From: Octopus sinensis
Lineage: Eukaryota
NCBI RefSeq assembly: GCF_006345805.1
Contig: NC_043013.1
Span: 46,128,001 to 46,192,000, forward strand
DNA: 64,000 nucleotides
Reading direction: 5' to 3'
Made by a program: the position numbers and the translations under genes. The notes beneath the pieces are model-generated. The model had not been told where the DNA came from, searched no databases, and saw only the letters and a list, made by a program, of their open reading frames with translations. Below, piece by piece: positions 1-12,674 of the stretch (positions are counted from its first letter, which is position 1; the number at the start of each line of letters is the position of its first letter).

Positions 1-65
<65 letters not shown>

Positions 66-270
66 GTATGCATGTATGTATGTATGCATGCATGTATGTA
101 TGTATATATGTATCTATCTATCTATCTATATATATATATATATATTATATATATATATATATAGATATAGATAGATATAGATATAGATATAGATATAGAT
201 ATAGATATATAGATAGATACATACTACATAGATGCCTACATATATACATATATATGTGTGTGTGTGTGTG

Positions 271-318
<48 letters not shown>

Positions 319-326
319 ACACACAC

Positions 327-357
<31 letters not shown>

Positions 358-380
358 TGTATGTATTTATGCATGTATGA
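1..380. repeat. Compound (TA)n/(TATG)n/(TAGA)n microsatellite
   Basis: Direct reading. Similar compound arrays at 890-1160 and 1960-2165. Confidence 0.97.
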
Positions 381-1159
381 ATTAATGTATAGTCATATCT
401 CTTGCACATCAGTATTTTAAGATTTTCTTTTACTTTTCTTTACGCTCGTTAAATATTTTCCCCTCTTCTTTTGCACTCGCTTTGACTTCTGTAAACTCTC
501 TTATACATATCCTTCAGCATTACGATTTTTATTATCATCTAAACATATTTATATCACCGCTTTGTTTTCTTCTTTCTCGCCTTCTTTTCTTCTAGTTTTT
601 TTTTTTCCTTTCTCTAACCGAAAAATCCTCCTCCTTTCATCGCTTTTGTTATTTTCTATACAACAGTTACACTGTCAACCAATAAGATCCTTTTATTTCA
701 ATATTGTCCCATCAAAAACTAGACTCGATATTCAAACATCTTCATTCTAACTCCTTTATGTTCTAACTCCATTCTAACTCCTTTATGTTCCATTTTCCAT
801 AATCGTTTGCATATCGAGAACATGAAACTCGGAGCAACGATTTCTATAAGTTTTAGCGTTCTGAAGTCTCCACGTGTTTCCAAGTAATTACGTAAGTACA
901 TACATACATACACACACATATAGACTTACAAACATACATACATATATACACACATGCAGGCATTCAAACATATATACATACTCACACACGCGCATACTAC
1001 ATACATACATACATACCTACATATATGCATGCATGAAATCATACATACACACACATACATACATATACACAAATACATAGATATATATATATATATACAT
1101 ACGCACGAATGTCCATATACGTACACACACCCACACACACACATATATATATATATATA

Positions 1160-1421
1160 AAATAATAAATAAATGCACCCTTTTAAAGCCTAGCCAGGCT
1201 CATGGGTCCAGTTTCCCGGTTTCAATGGCGTATGTGTTCCCCAGCTGGTCGGGACGCCAGTCCATCGCAGCGTTACTCATTTTTGCCAGCTGAGTGGACT
1301 GGAGCAACGTGAAATGAAGTGTTTTACTCAAGAACACAACGCGTCACCCGGTCCAGGAATCGAAACCACAATCTTACGATCATGATGCTGACACCCTAAC
1401 CACTAAGCCACGCGCCTCCAC
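1160..1421 (-). mobile_element. SINE family C (GTGGAGGC..TGGCTTAGTGGTTAG tRNA-like head), tail type 1
   Basis: A-box TGGCTTAGTGG, B-box GGTTTCGATTCC, core TGTGTTCTTGAG.AA.ACACTT, tail GCGATGGACTGGCGTCCC. Confidence 0.85.
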
Positions 1422-2071
1422 GCACATATATACTCACATATAAATCTACGTATGTACATATACATGCACTCACATACATACACACAAAGCAAAATACAGG
1501 TTATCATGTTTGAATGAATGCGAAGAAGAGTTTGTTTAGAGAAAGTTGTACTGGATTACTACTTCATAAACCATGGCAAAAAAAGAAGATGTAGTTATAG
1601 AACCATCAGGAAATATTCCAGTAGACTTTTGAAATGAATCAAGATTTGTTCCAAGTCTAGAAACAGGCTGGAGTAGATTCATCGATCGGTTACACAAAGA
1701 GGATGAGGAACTCCTCGAATGTAAAGAAAGCATCGCAATTATTATTATTATTATTATTATTATTTTTTTTTTTTTGAAGCGAAACTCCTTTGCTACCAAG
1801 TTACGTTAGTGGAAACGAAATATGTTGCTCTAAACCACGCGAAAATAGAAAAATCAACAGTTAAATCTAAAGTTAAAATGTTTATACCGCACATACACAC
1901 ATGCACGTATACATATGTGCATGTATACATATGTGCAAAATGATATACAGTCATGCGTACATACATACATACATACATACAGTGAGCGAAATAGTAAGAT
2001 ATAAACAGAGAGAATGGCGATGACAAACAGGCAGACAGACAGACAGACAGATAGACAGACAGATAGATTGT

Positions 2072-2137
<66 letters not shown>

Positions 2138-2495
2138 CAGAGGGAGTTAGTGAGTGAGTGAGTGACTACTTGGCTGAATAAAAGAGTTCACCTAAATCAG
2201 TGGTTCACAACCGGGTCCCATCTGGTCCCTGATGGCCCATATAAGATTTTTGAGTTCCACACAACAAAATATTAAATTACAGATCCACAACAGTATTTAA
2301 GGGCTACAGAAGAAACTTTTGCTTCATATATATATATATATATTATATATATATATATATTATATATATATATATTCCATATTTTTCGTACGCAAGCCGG
2401 CAGGACTCGCTCTTAGAATCTAAATTTTTATTATTTTAATTATAAAAATTTTTTTACTGTAAACGTACCGAAGGCCTCGAATACTCGGCGAATAG

Positions 2496-2732
2496 TACCT
2501 ATTTCTTTATTACCCACTAGGGGCTAAACATAGAGGAGACAAACAAGGACAGATATAGGTATTAAGTCGATTACATCGACCTCAGTGCGGAACTGGTACT
2601 TAATTTATCGACCCCGAAAGGATGAAAGGCAAAGTCAACCTCGGCGGAATTTGAACTCACAACGTAACGACAGACGAAATACCGCTAAGCATTTCATCCG
2701 GCGTGCTAACGTTTCTGCCAGCTCGCCGCCTT
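2496..2732 (-). mobile_element. SINE family B (AAGGCGGCGAGCTGGCAG head)
   Basis: Core GAGGTYGACTTTGCCTTTCATCCTTTCGGGGTCGAT. Monomer also at 58594-58826(+). Alternative-tail copies at ~5985-6125, 16690-16820, 31260-31990, 34290-34490, 43010-43210, 44455-44660, 61165-61310. Confidence 0.88.
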
Positions 2733-3052
2733 TCGAACCTTCCAGAAGCTTATAAGTGTTACCCAACCTCCTTTATTTAAGCCATATAAATATTCAGAGT
2801 TAGGTAATTAGAACCATCAAGAGACATGATAACTATAAATATTTTAGTCTACGTAGATGAGGAACCCGTGAATAGAGTACGACTTATATGGCGGTAATAA
2901 AACCAGTTTCTGATTTTCTGTTGATAATTAGAAAAAGATTGATATCTGTGTGATAAATCAAGCGATGTATGTAGTGTATGCGATACGATATTGATCTCTG
3001 TAATTGATAGTTTTCTCACTAAGTAAATCCACTTTGTTTAATGAGTTAAAAC

Positions 3053-3121
<69 letters not shown>

Positions 3122-3774
3122 CTTCATGGTAATGATATGTAGATTTTTATCAATTATCACATCGGGATACCCATTTATCAAGAATACAGAAAATAATTTG
3201 TTTTCTCACTCAACATCAGTTCGGTAATTTTGATCCTATTTATACAACGTCAAGTAAAATATAACATGCGATATCTTTTCTCATTTGAATAATACCCTTT
3301 TTTACTACCCCTGAATTAAATGAATCTCAAGATATCAGATAAAAACAGAATCCAAGGATACTGATGATGGTCGGCGTTGGCAAGACTTATTTGGAAAAAG
3401 CGGCAGAAAAAAGTACGGGGAAATTGCCGTGTGGAGTGGAAATCCCTACATTTCGGAGAGATCCCTTTTTGGTAAAGTTAACAGGAGGGAAAGAAAAGAA
3501 AGACAGCAGAGTTTTTCATCCTTTATCTTTGAGAAACTGGTTGCAACTGGCGGGTTAGGGTTAGGTTTGGGGTTAGGCAAGAAAAGGTGAACTCGCATGC
3601 ATAGACTAGAGGTAGCAGGAAAGAGGAAAAGAGAAAGAGAAATGACAAGTGGAATGAAAATGGGCGATGATGACGACAAAAGAAGAATGAAGGTGAGAAA
3701 TAAGTTGGATGGTAAGAATGAGATTATTGAACTAAGAGATGCGGGGGTAAAAGGAAAAAGATTTACTTAAATGT

Positions 3775-5265
3775 TTATTGATGGAAAAGCATCGCGACTG
3801 ACGATATCAAGGTGAGATTGGCTCTCGAACAATTGTTTATCGTGAAGCGTGAAGACTGCATTGTCAGAGATAAAGCGTGTGTTCTAAAAAATGAGGGAAA
3901 GAAAGGCATTCCACGGGCGCTTGTGGTGGAGATACAACGTGGCAACAAAGCCACAATTCGGTCTTTGGTGGACCATAACAGACACATGTTACTCAAACTC
4001 AAGCAGATGCCCAGTTTTTCAGCAACACTTCAGTCGACTGTTCGGAATGAATGAATGGCAGGCCGAAACGCAGAACGGTTTTCAGTGCCCGCCTCGACGG
4101 CCTGCTACGATTTTCGGCAAGGGAGACAGAGTGTCGTGAAAAACCAGTGACCACCGCGGAAATATGGGAAATGATGGTTGGCTACGTGAGGTACAGATCG
4201 CTTGGTTTGGGTGGTTTGCCCTACGTGCTTTACTTTTACACGCCGAGCTTGTTTGGCAACCTCTTGGCAGATGTCTACCGTAACTGGCATCAGGACGAGA
4301 GAATTCCCTATTCTGTGAGTCGAGAAGCAGTGGCACTGCCGAGAAAGGCCCTAAAAAGAAATAAGAACACATTGATAATTTTCAGCCCATGACTCTGTGA
4401 AACGAAGATTTCAAAATCGTGTCTGACATCGAGGCTCTTGTCTCTTACTAACTCCTTATATAACTCCAAAGCCTCGAAGTTTGGGGGGAAACAGTAGAAG
4501 TTTATGAAAATCAACTGGCTAGTCTGTTCTGGAGGACTCTCGAACCGGGTCCTATCTATAATTTCCAGAAATCTCTGGTTTGCTATTAGGTAAGGGCATT
4601 GTCGGTTCGAGATACTTGCTAAGTTCTGAGTACAAGTATAGAAGTGACGTTATCTTGGCTAACACGAGAGGCACACAGAGTGATGAAACTGTTCTCCACT
4701 CATTCGTCAAGTGCCCAAGTGTTGCTGACTTCTGGGTTTATGTCGAACAGCTTCTGTAGAGTGTAGGACGGATCCAGCTATCGACAGAGTCCTTTGTGAA
4801 GATCATCCTGCTGCCTTCCTTTGGTTGGGAAGTACCGGCAACCTTTATTTTTCTGGTGGTCTTTGCGAAAGAGATTGTGGTGGGCTAGACTGAAAGGGTT
4901 GTAGTTAGAAACGATTCCTCTTTGGCCGAGCCGTCTTCAACTTTTCCAAGTTTTACTTGAAAAGGAATGTGAAAGCGAAGACAGAAGTGCTGCCTTCCAG
5001 TAAATTTGTGTTGAAGATTGAATGAATGCGTCTTAGATTGAAGAAAGCAGATAGCCAGAGAGAAAACGCTTGCCCTAGTTGTCATGGTAACCGTGGTTTG
5101 GTCGGTTTCTAAGCGGAACCCACAGAATTTTACCCCTTTTAGAGAATTACCTTTTGTTTGAATTGTTTTGGTTTCTTTGTTTTACGTAATCCCACATTGA
5201 ATTGTATGGTGTCGTTTTGTTTTGTACACCTTTTTTTTCTAAAACCTCAGTTGTTAACAAAGAAA
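3775..5265 (+). mobile_element. Degraded, internally deleted Tx1/L1-clade LINE (ORF2 fragments + 3' UTR)
   Basis: SLGLGGLPYVLY...LFGNLLADVY..W resembles SPGxDGLPxEFY. NFQPMTL*NEDFKI (~4378-4420) resembles NxRPITLLNxDxKI at the RT start. ETVLHSFVKCP (~4684-4716) retains the His and last Cys of the C-terminal zinc knuckle. Stops and frameshifts present. Confidence 0.8.
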
Positions 5266-5313
5266 TAAATCATCATCATCATCATCATCATCATCAACCT
5301 TTCTGTTGTTGTG

Positions 5314-5378
<65 letters not shown>

Positions 5379-5424
5379 CATCATCATTATTATATTCATT
5401 ATTATTATCATTACACAAAATTCA

Positions 5425-5745
5425 TTACATGCTAATTTAATTAGCAGAGATGTTATCTTAAGCTTTTTGGTGACAACGAGTCTCCTCTGAATCTTAAGAA
5501 TCTTTCTTTTTTTGGATTCTTGCAAAATACTGGATAATACTTTTCTGCCAGTCGAACAATACACTTCTCAGTTGCAATATCCTGCAGCCTCTTTGGCAGC
5601 AGCTGAGAGCACCAATTGCCACTGGAATGAATTTAAGCTCAGCCTTCCGAAATCTCTTAAGCTCGCTGTCTCTCTGCTGATACTTCTCAATTTCTTTGAT
5701 ATTCCTACCACGATCATATGGTATTGAAAAGTTTATGACCACTAG
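5425..5745 (-). mobile_element. R4/Dong-type (restriction-like endonuclease) LINE 3' fragment, copy a
   Basis: INFSIPYD..NIKEIEKYQ..ELKR....KFIPVAIGAL matches the RLE C-terminal IDxxIPxD..KExEKY..L...IPVVIGALG pattern. Ends against the (TAT/CAT)n array. Confidence 0.7.
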
Positions 5746-6124
5746 ACGTTTATATATATATATATATATATGTTTTCGTGACCTCTACGATCATATCTTA
5801 TCGTCTTATGATCAGTCTCTGAAGAGAAATTCCATAAAATCTTGTAAATCACTCACCGTAGCTGATTTTTATTTATACCATTTTTCCATCACTTCGAATT
5901 TACAGATTTGACTAATATACCAATGTCTCTACCATCTGATGCTCTTGTGGCAAACAAAAGATGTTCTTATTATTAGTATTACTTGCTAAGTTCTGAGTTC
6001 AAATTCTGCCGAGGTCGACTTCGCCTTTCATCCTTTCGGGGTCGATAAAATAAGTACCAGTTGAACACTGGAGTCGACTCATTTCTTCCCCCAAAACTGC
6101 TGCTGTTGTGACAAAATTTGAAAC

Positions 6125-6184
<60 letters not shown>

Positions 6185-6192
6185 CATTATTA

Positions 6193-6260
<68 letters not shown>

Positions 6261-6261
<1 letters not shown>

Positions 6262-6688
6262 TGTTTGACTTTTGCTTTACGTTTGCACAAGTTGGCTCCA
6301 AGTCTCACCCAGAGACCTCAAAAGACAACTAGTTGGAAGTTCGTGTTGGTCTTATGCCTAGGGTACCATATATTTGGTTTTGTACTTAGTGCTGTACTAG
6401 TGAATGTCTAAAAAAAACATACGAAAATTATGTTTGTTTTAAAACTTGATATTACATAGAAAGTATTTTGCGTAGGATATGAGCAGTTCCCATGAGCACT
6501 ATCTTTTGAATTTCTGCCATTTTTGAGTTTCTTGGTACCTGAGTTAGGTAGCAATCAACCCCTTTTGCTATTATTCCCAGGGCACCTATGACAACAGGTA
6601 TTATTTTAGTCTTCAGGTTCCACATTTTGCTGATTTCTATTTCAGGATCTTTATATTTGCTCAGTTTCTGGTAGGTCTTGACAGATAC
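6261..6688 (-). mobile_element. R4/Dong-type LINE 3' fragment, copy b
   Basis: VSVKTYQKLSKYKDPEIEISKMWNLKTKIIPVVIGALG...EIQKIVLMGTAHILRKILSM* (stop 6452-6454, one frameshift). 3' UTR runs into (AAT)n at 6127-6260. Confidence 0.85.
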
Positions 6689-6709
6689 GTTTATTATTAT
6701 TACTATTAC

Positions 6710-6779
<70 letters not shown>

Positions 6780-6780
6780 C

Positions 6781-7600
6781 AACTTTTAATCTGCATGTTT
6801 GTTACTATCACTCGCCGAGTGATTGTAACACTCGTCCTAGGGCGAGTGAAGGATAAGAGATGTTACAGTATGACTGAAAGCTTGGGGAGGGAAAGTGGCA
6901 GGGGCAGTGGCGAAATATCTTCATGTAATACAACATATACATTTAAATTGATAGGGTTTTTCTAAGGATGGGGGCTGTACTTGTCAGTACAAACTTTTGG
7001 ATTTCTCTGAGATATGATTCCACTGGGATATTATCTAGATGTTTCTGACATCCCTTTCTTATCATGCCTGGGGCATCCACAATGAGAGGTGCAGTTCTCG
7101 CTTTAAGATGTCACATCTTTTGTATTTCAATTTCCTGGTCCTTATATTTACTTAATTTGTGAAATTCCTTGACAGATATATTCTTTAACTGTGGGAACAT
7201 TTGCATCTATTAGTCTACAAGTATTTTTTTTGCTCGGTCTTTAATGACTATGTCTGGTCGATTAGCCTGGATCGTTCTGTCAGCGTTGACTGGAAAATTG
7301 CAGAGGATGGTGACATTTTAACCTTCAACGACTGGCTCAGGATGATGTTCATTCCAATAAGCAGGCGTGCTGATTTTGTAGTGTTTACATATTTTCCAAT
7401 GTAAATACTGTCCTACCCTATCATGGCGATTTTTGTATTCGTTTGGTGTCATCTCAGGACATCCCGAGACGGGATGGTCTATTATTTCATCAAATTTATC
7501 GCAGAATCTGCATTTAGAGTCAGATCCGTTTTGGTGTGATGTACATTAGGATTTGATGAATTGCGTGGGGACTTCTATCTCTAAATAACATATATTTCCT
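6781..7600 (-). mobile_element. R4/Dong-type LINE 3' fragment, copy c (CCHC knuckle + RLE)
   Basis: CRFCDKFDEIIDHPVSGC knuckle, RHDRVGQYLHWKIC, ANRPDIVIKD (PD..D motif), KEFHKLSKY, ILRKTLSI* (stop 6943-6945). Several frameshifts. Tail abuts (TAT)n at 6695-6780. Confidence 0.88.
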
Positions 7601-7667
7601 TATCGAGAATAATTCAATTTATTTGAATCCCTGTGATGCCGGAATTTTTATTCCCTAATAAATAGAA

Positions 7668-7671
<4 letters not shown>

Positions 7672-7745
<74 letters not shown>

Positions 7746-8670
7746 CGTCGGGTTTCTTCTAGTTTCCGTCTAACAATTCCTCTTACAAGGCTTTGGTCGG
7801 TCCGAGGTTATAGTAGAAGACACTTGCCAAAGGTGCCACGCTGTGGGACTGAACCTGGAACCATGTGGTTGAGAAGCAATCTTCTTACCACACAGCCACG
7901 CCTGCACCAAAGTATGTATGTATGTATGTATGTATGTATGTATGTATGTATATATGTATGTATGTATGTATGTGTCTGTGTGTGTGTCTGTGTGTGTGTC
8001 TGTGTGTGTGTGTATATGTGTGTATGTATGTATGTATGTATGTATGTATGTATGTATGCGTGTGTATGTATGTATGTATGTATGTATGTGTGTGTATATA
8101 TGTGTGTGTGTTTGTGTGTATGTATGTATGCGTGTGTATGTATGTATGTATGTATGCGTGTCTATGTATGTATGTATGTATGCGTGTGCATGTATGTATG
8201 AATGTATGTATGTATGTATGTATGTCTGTCTGTCTGTATGTATGTATGCGTGTATGTATGTATGTATGTGTGTATGTATGTTTGTATGTTTGTGTGTATG
8301 TATGTATGTATGTATGTATGTATATCTGTCTGTCTGTCTGTATGTATGTATGTGTGTATGCGTGTATGTATGTATGTGTGTATGTATGTTTGTATGTTTG
8401 TGTGTATGTATGTATGTATGTGTGTCTATGTATGTATGTATGCATGTATGTATGTGTGTATGCGTGTGTATGCATGTATGTATTATGTATGTATGTAGGT
8501 AGGTATGTGTGTATGTATGTATGTATATTTGTATGTTTGTATGTATGTATGTTTGTGTGTATGTATGTATGTATGTATGTACGTATGTATGTATGTATGT
8601 ATGTATGTATGTATGTATGTATGTATGTACGTACGTATGTATGTACGTATGTATGTATGTTTGTGTGTGT
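7672..8670. repeat. (TA)n(TG)n and ~760-bp (TATG)n array with higher-order variants, interrupted by a SINE-A head
   Basis: Direct reading. Variant blocks such as TATGTTTGTATGTTTG recur about 110 nt apart. Confidence 0.97.
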
Positions 8671-9108
8671 GCGTGTGACTTCGTCTTCGTCTTTGTCCTC
8701 GCAGTGCTTGCCAATGGGTGATGGATTTTTAACGTCTTTCTAATTTTGCGGTTCGACAAAAAAAAAACATTAGAGAAAGTAATTGACATTCTTTTTTTTT
8801 TATTTTTTCTAAATAAGTACTGGACCGATTTGTTCGACTAAACCCTTGAAGGCGGTACTCCAGCATGACCGCAGTCCTATGAATGGAACAAGTAAAACGC
8901 AAAAAAAGTTAAAAAGACAGGAGAGAAAAAAAGCACGAGAAAAAAAAAGTTGCTGCAGTTGATTAATTCAGACAAATCCAAATTAGAAAAATAAAAGTGC
9001 AACCGACTCGACTGATTAGAAAGAAGAAAAAAAGAGAACAAGAAACGAAAGAAACCTGTTGAATAAACAATAGTTTAATGGGATTCAAGCTGCCCGACAC
9101 AGTTGATC

Positions 9109-9248
9109 ATTTGCATAGAGGTCATCGAAATTACGCAGCTTTATCACAGCATCTGAGCAAACGATTAACATCCGTTTCATGCCTATATATAAAGACGAGG
9201 ACTTCCTCGACTCACCACAGAACCTCTTCGCCGTTGTTCAAGGTAATA
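9109..9248 (+). promoter_or_regulatory. Candidate TATA core promoter and short first exon
   Basis: Octamer ATTTGCAT 9109-9116, TATATAAA 9186-9193, pyrimidine-purine initiator-like TCA with A at 9214 (28 nt after the TATA start), and donor AAG|GTAATA at 9243. Motif-only evidence. Confidence 0.3.
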
Positions 9249-9291
9249 TCTTTCAGCTTGATACTTCCTCGCATTTCACAGCGGTTTCCGA

Positions 9292-9353
<62 letters not shown>

Positions 9354-9391
9354 TATTATTATTATTATTATCATCATCATCATTGTTATTA

Positions 9392-9434
<43 letters not shown>

Positions 9435-9435
<1 letters not shown>

Positions 9436-9989
9436 GAGTGAGAGAGCAGTTCATGCCATCAAAGTGTCACTGGGGTAAAATATACGAAGCCCAATATACC
9501 CATCATGACTACCCGTCTGATAAAGGTACCCCAGGCACATGCATCACAACCATATGTGCGCGACATGGTGATCTCATATCAAGATAAACAGCACATGACC
9601 TTGCAGGTGGGGCCCAGTTAGAATTTTCTTCAGGTTGAGTAGCCCATCCCGCTCAAACGGTCCCTGAATAAGGGTTGTTTAAGGATGTTGAAAGAACCAC
9701 CCATGTTTCCAGAGGTGAACTATTCAAACCCCAAAGAATCCTTCTCAACACATGGCTATGATGCTCCCCCACTACTTCTGCTCGTGATCAGAGATGCACA
9801 TATCGTCAGCCACTAAGGGACATGCTCAACTGGTTAAGGTCAAACAACTGACAAGCAAATCTGTGGTATTGAGCAGAATATTTGCTGTAGCCCATCTTTT
9901 ATACCAAGACAAAACAATGTACATGATAACACTTCCAATCAGTTAAGATCAGAAGCCATGAGAGCCATTGCCTGGTACTGCATCAGGGC

Positions 9990-9991
<2 letters not shown>
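9435..9991 (-). mobile_element. ~555-bp non-coding interspersed element X flanked by TAA arrays, copy 1
   Basis: Near-identical reverse complement of 30681-31240. (TAT)n on both sides. Strand assigned by the TAA-reading strand. Confidence 0.85.
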
Positions 9992-10044
<53 letters not shown>

Positions 10045-10402
10045 GCTATTATTATTATTGTTGTTGTTGTTAGTTGCGTACTGGGGTCGATCTAATCGAC
10101 TGCTCCCCTCCGCCAAAATTTCAGGCCTAGGGGTAGAAAAGATTATTACTATCTCTCTACTCCCCCTTTTGACCAGGCCCCCGTGGCTTTTATGGGTTTT
10201 TCCACGAGTAACCTTTCGAAGCACTTCCCCCTATTGGGAGTTTTAATTGTTACTTATTTTTCGTTGTCATCCTGCTTTTGTACACGGACTTTTTCAAACG
10301 GACAAAACCCTTTGTAACTTTCGTCCTGTGTTTTGCCCCTTTATGTTTTAATTGATTTTTGTTAGCCCTCGTGGCCAATAAGCGAACGAATTATTATTAT
10401 TA

Positions 10403-10435
<33 letters not shown>

Positions 10436-10500
10436 CATTATTATTATTATTATTATTATTGCTTTTGTTGCTGTTGTTATTATCATTATTATTATTATTT

Positions 10501-10647
10501 TGCTTACCTACCACATGGTTCCGGGTTCAGTCCCACTGCGTAGCACCTTGGGCAAGTGTCTTCTACTATAGCCTCGGACCGACCAAAGCCTTGTGAGTGG
10601 ATTTGGTAGACGGAAACTGAAAGAAGTCCGTCATCTATATGTATATG

Positions 10648-10686
<39 letters not shown>

Positions 10687-10896
10687 TTGTGTGTCTGTGT
10701 TGGTGCCCCCAACATCGCTTGACAACCGGTGCTGGTGTGTTTACGTCCCCGTAAACTTAGCGGCGAGCGGCAAAAGAGACCGATAGAATAAGTACAAGGC
10801 TTACAAAGAATAAGTCCTGGGGTCGATTTGCTCGATTAAAGGCGGTGCTCCAACATGGCCGCAGTCAAATGACTGCAACAAAAGAGCAAAAGAGTA
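10501..10896 (+). mobile_element. SINE family A (tRNA-like head, internal TA/TG microsatellite, AAAAGAGT tail), 5'-truncated
   Basis: B-box GGTTCAGTCCC, GGCACCTTGGGCAAGTG core, shared tail. Other partial copies at about 7746-7908(-), 11399-11600(-), 26469-26638(-), 59268-59430(+), 60713-61020(-), 61713-61959(-). Confidence 0.9.
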
Positions 10897-11182
10897 CAGC
10901 TTCTCGCCATGAAAACTGACATGTGACAATGCTGTCAAGCTGTCACATACCCTCCGCCATTAACTGTTTTGCCATTCTTCCATAATCCTTACAGTACGCC
11001 CGGTACCATATTATTATAGAATGCGCTGGAAGGTGTGCAGTGTTATTTCCGGGACACCCGTCACCAAATTTCAAGCAGGGGTGTAATAAGAGTTTTCCAT
11101 TATAATGTGTGATTAAATAAGCGAGTAAGGTTAATATTTATAATGAATTTGCCATTTACAATGGGTGTGCAGCACACAGCTA

Positions 11183-11325
11183 GGATCTTTTCCTTTTGAA
11201 CGGCAGCAAATGATTTTAGTTGAATGGAGGTAATCGGGTGGTTAAAATTGCCGAAATGCTCGGATTTTCAGACGAAATATCGTCTGTAAACGTGTTGAAA
11301 ACTGCTGTTCAAAATGAAAAGATCC
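11183..11325. mobile_element. Short MITE with the same GGATCTTTTC TIR family
   Basis: GGATCTTTTCCTTTTGAACGGCAG ... CTGCTGTTCAAAATGAAAAGATCC. Internal sequence differs from the 19959 copy. Confidence 0.65.
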
Positions 11326-11689
11326 CACCGCTAACATAACCGGAATATACACCCCTGATACACACACACACACACACAGAGAAACAAACAAACATTCATA
11401 CTCTTTTACTCTTTTACTTGTTTCAGTCATTTGGCTGTGGCCATGCTGGAGCACCGCCTTTTAGTCGAGCAAATCGACCCCGAGACTTATTCTTTGTAAG
11501 CCTAGTACTTATTCTATCGGTCGCTTTTTGCCGAACCGCTAAGTTACGGGGACGTAAACACACCAGCATCGGTTGTCAAGCGATGTTGGTGGGGGTGGGG
11601 GGTGTCAAACACAGACAAATCTTGAATCGCCGGTGTTTATATCCTTCGCCTATTTTAGAACAATACACATGTACGTGTATACACATACG

Positions 11690-11929
11690 TATGTGTGTAT
11701 GTGTGTATGTATGTATGTATGTATGTATGTATGTATGTATGTATGTATGTATGTGTGTGTATGTGTGTATGTGTAGATATATGTATGTGTATGTATGTAT
11801 ATGTATGTATAGATGTATGTATATGTGCGTAGATGTATGTATATATGTTTGTCTAGATATATGTATGTATGTGTGTATGTATGTATGTATGTATGCATGT
11901 CTCTATGTATATATTATATATTATGTATG

Positions 11930-11958
<29 letters not shown>
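11690..11958. repeat. (TATG)n microsatellite
   Basis: Direct reading. Confidence 0.95.
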
Positions 11959-11961
<3 letters not shown>

Positions 11962-12674
11962 AATACTCATGTACTCTTACAGTCCCTATAATAATCGAGG
12001 ACAATTCAAAATTGCTAAAATTAGGCGAGAAATTTCTCTTCAGTCGGTATTCATGTGAATAAAATCGACGCAATTGTCAGCAGAAAAGGATTAGGAGAGG
12101 AAAAAATTGTTTGTAAATAGTATTTATAGTTTAATAAATGTTATTTATTGATTCAGTTCAAAGAATATTACCGAGAAATTTTGTTGCACAGATTGAGCCA
12201 AGCATGAATTTTGTGCAATTCTCCACTCAAATTTATCCAAATGACTTGTTTCACGTCACATGGATTCATCCAAGTAGCTTGTGAGAAAGAGTGAAGCTGT
12301 ACGTGGTCATTTGACAAGCGAGAAACACCAACCAAATCCCTTCCCACAATCTTCGCACAATCTTCGAAAACCACTTCGCACAACCTTCGAAAAAGACACG
12401 TTAGGTAATGTGGTTCTAGGTTCGCAACACATAAGAGAAAAATGTGGCGTTTACGGATGGATTGTCTTTGATCATAGGGTTGGTCGATCAAAACATACGA
12501 GAAGGGGCTCCCACCCATAATTAAAGGGCCCCAAATAGTGTTAATATCTATACTCGGACAACTGAAGACCTTATCATAGTCCATCAAACTCACTTTTTCT
12601 TTTTGTCGCTTCGATCTGTTATCCTGACTTTTGTTCCGTGAGAGCTTTCATTTTCTCTCCAAAAATACTTAGTC

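Noticed and set aside
26-1160. ORFs such as MYVYIYIC... and all YI/VC/HT/II/NN-rich ORFs across the window
   Set aside because: Translations of TA, TG, TATG and TAA microsatellites; open only because these repeats lack stops in some frames.
1571-1740. Protein-like text MAKKEDVVIEPSGNIPVDF*NESRFVPSLETGWSRF...
   Set aside because: In-frame stop, no usable splice pair, no recognisable family.
3364-3558. GVGKT P-loop-like motif in a 64-aa ORF
   Set aside because: No preceding beta-strand/GxxxxGK spacing or Walker B; likely chance.
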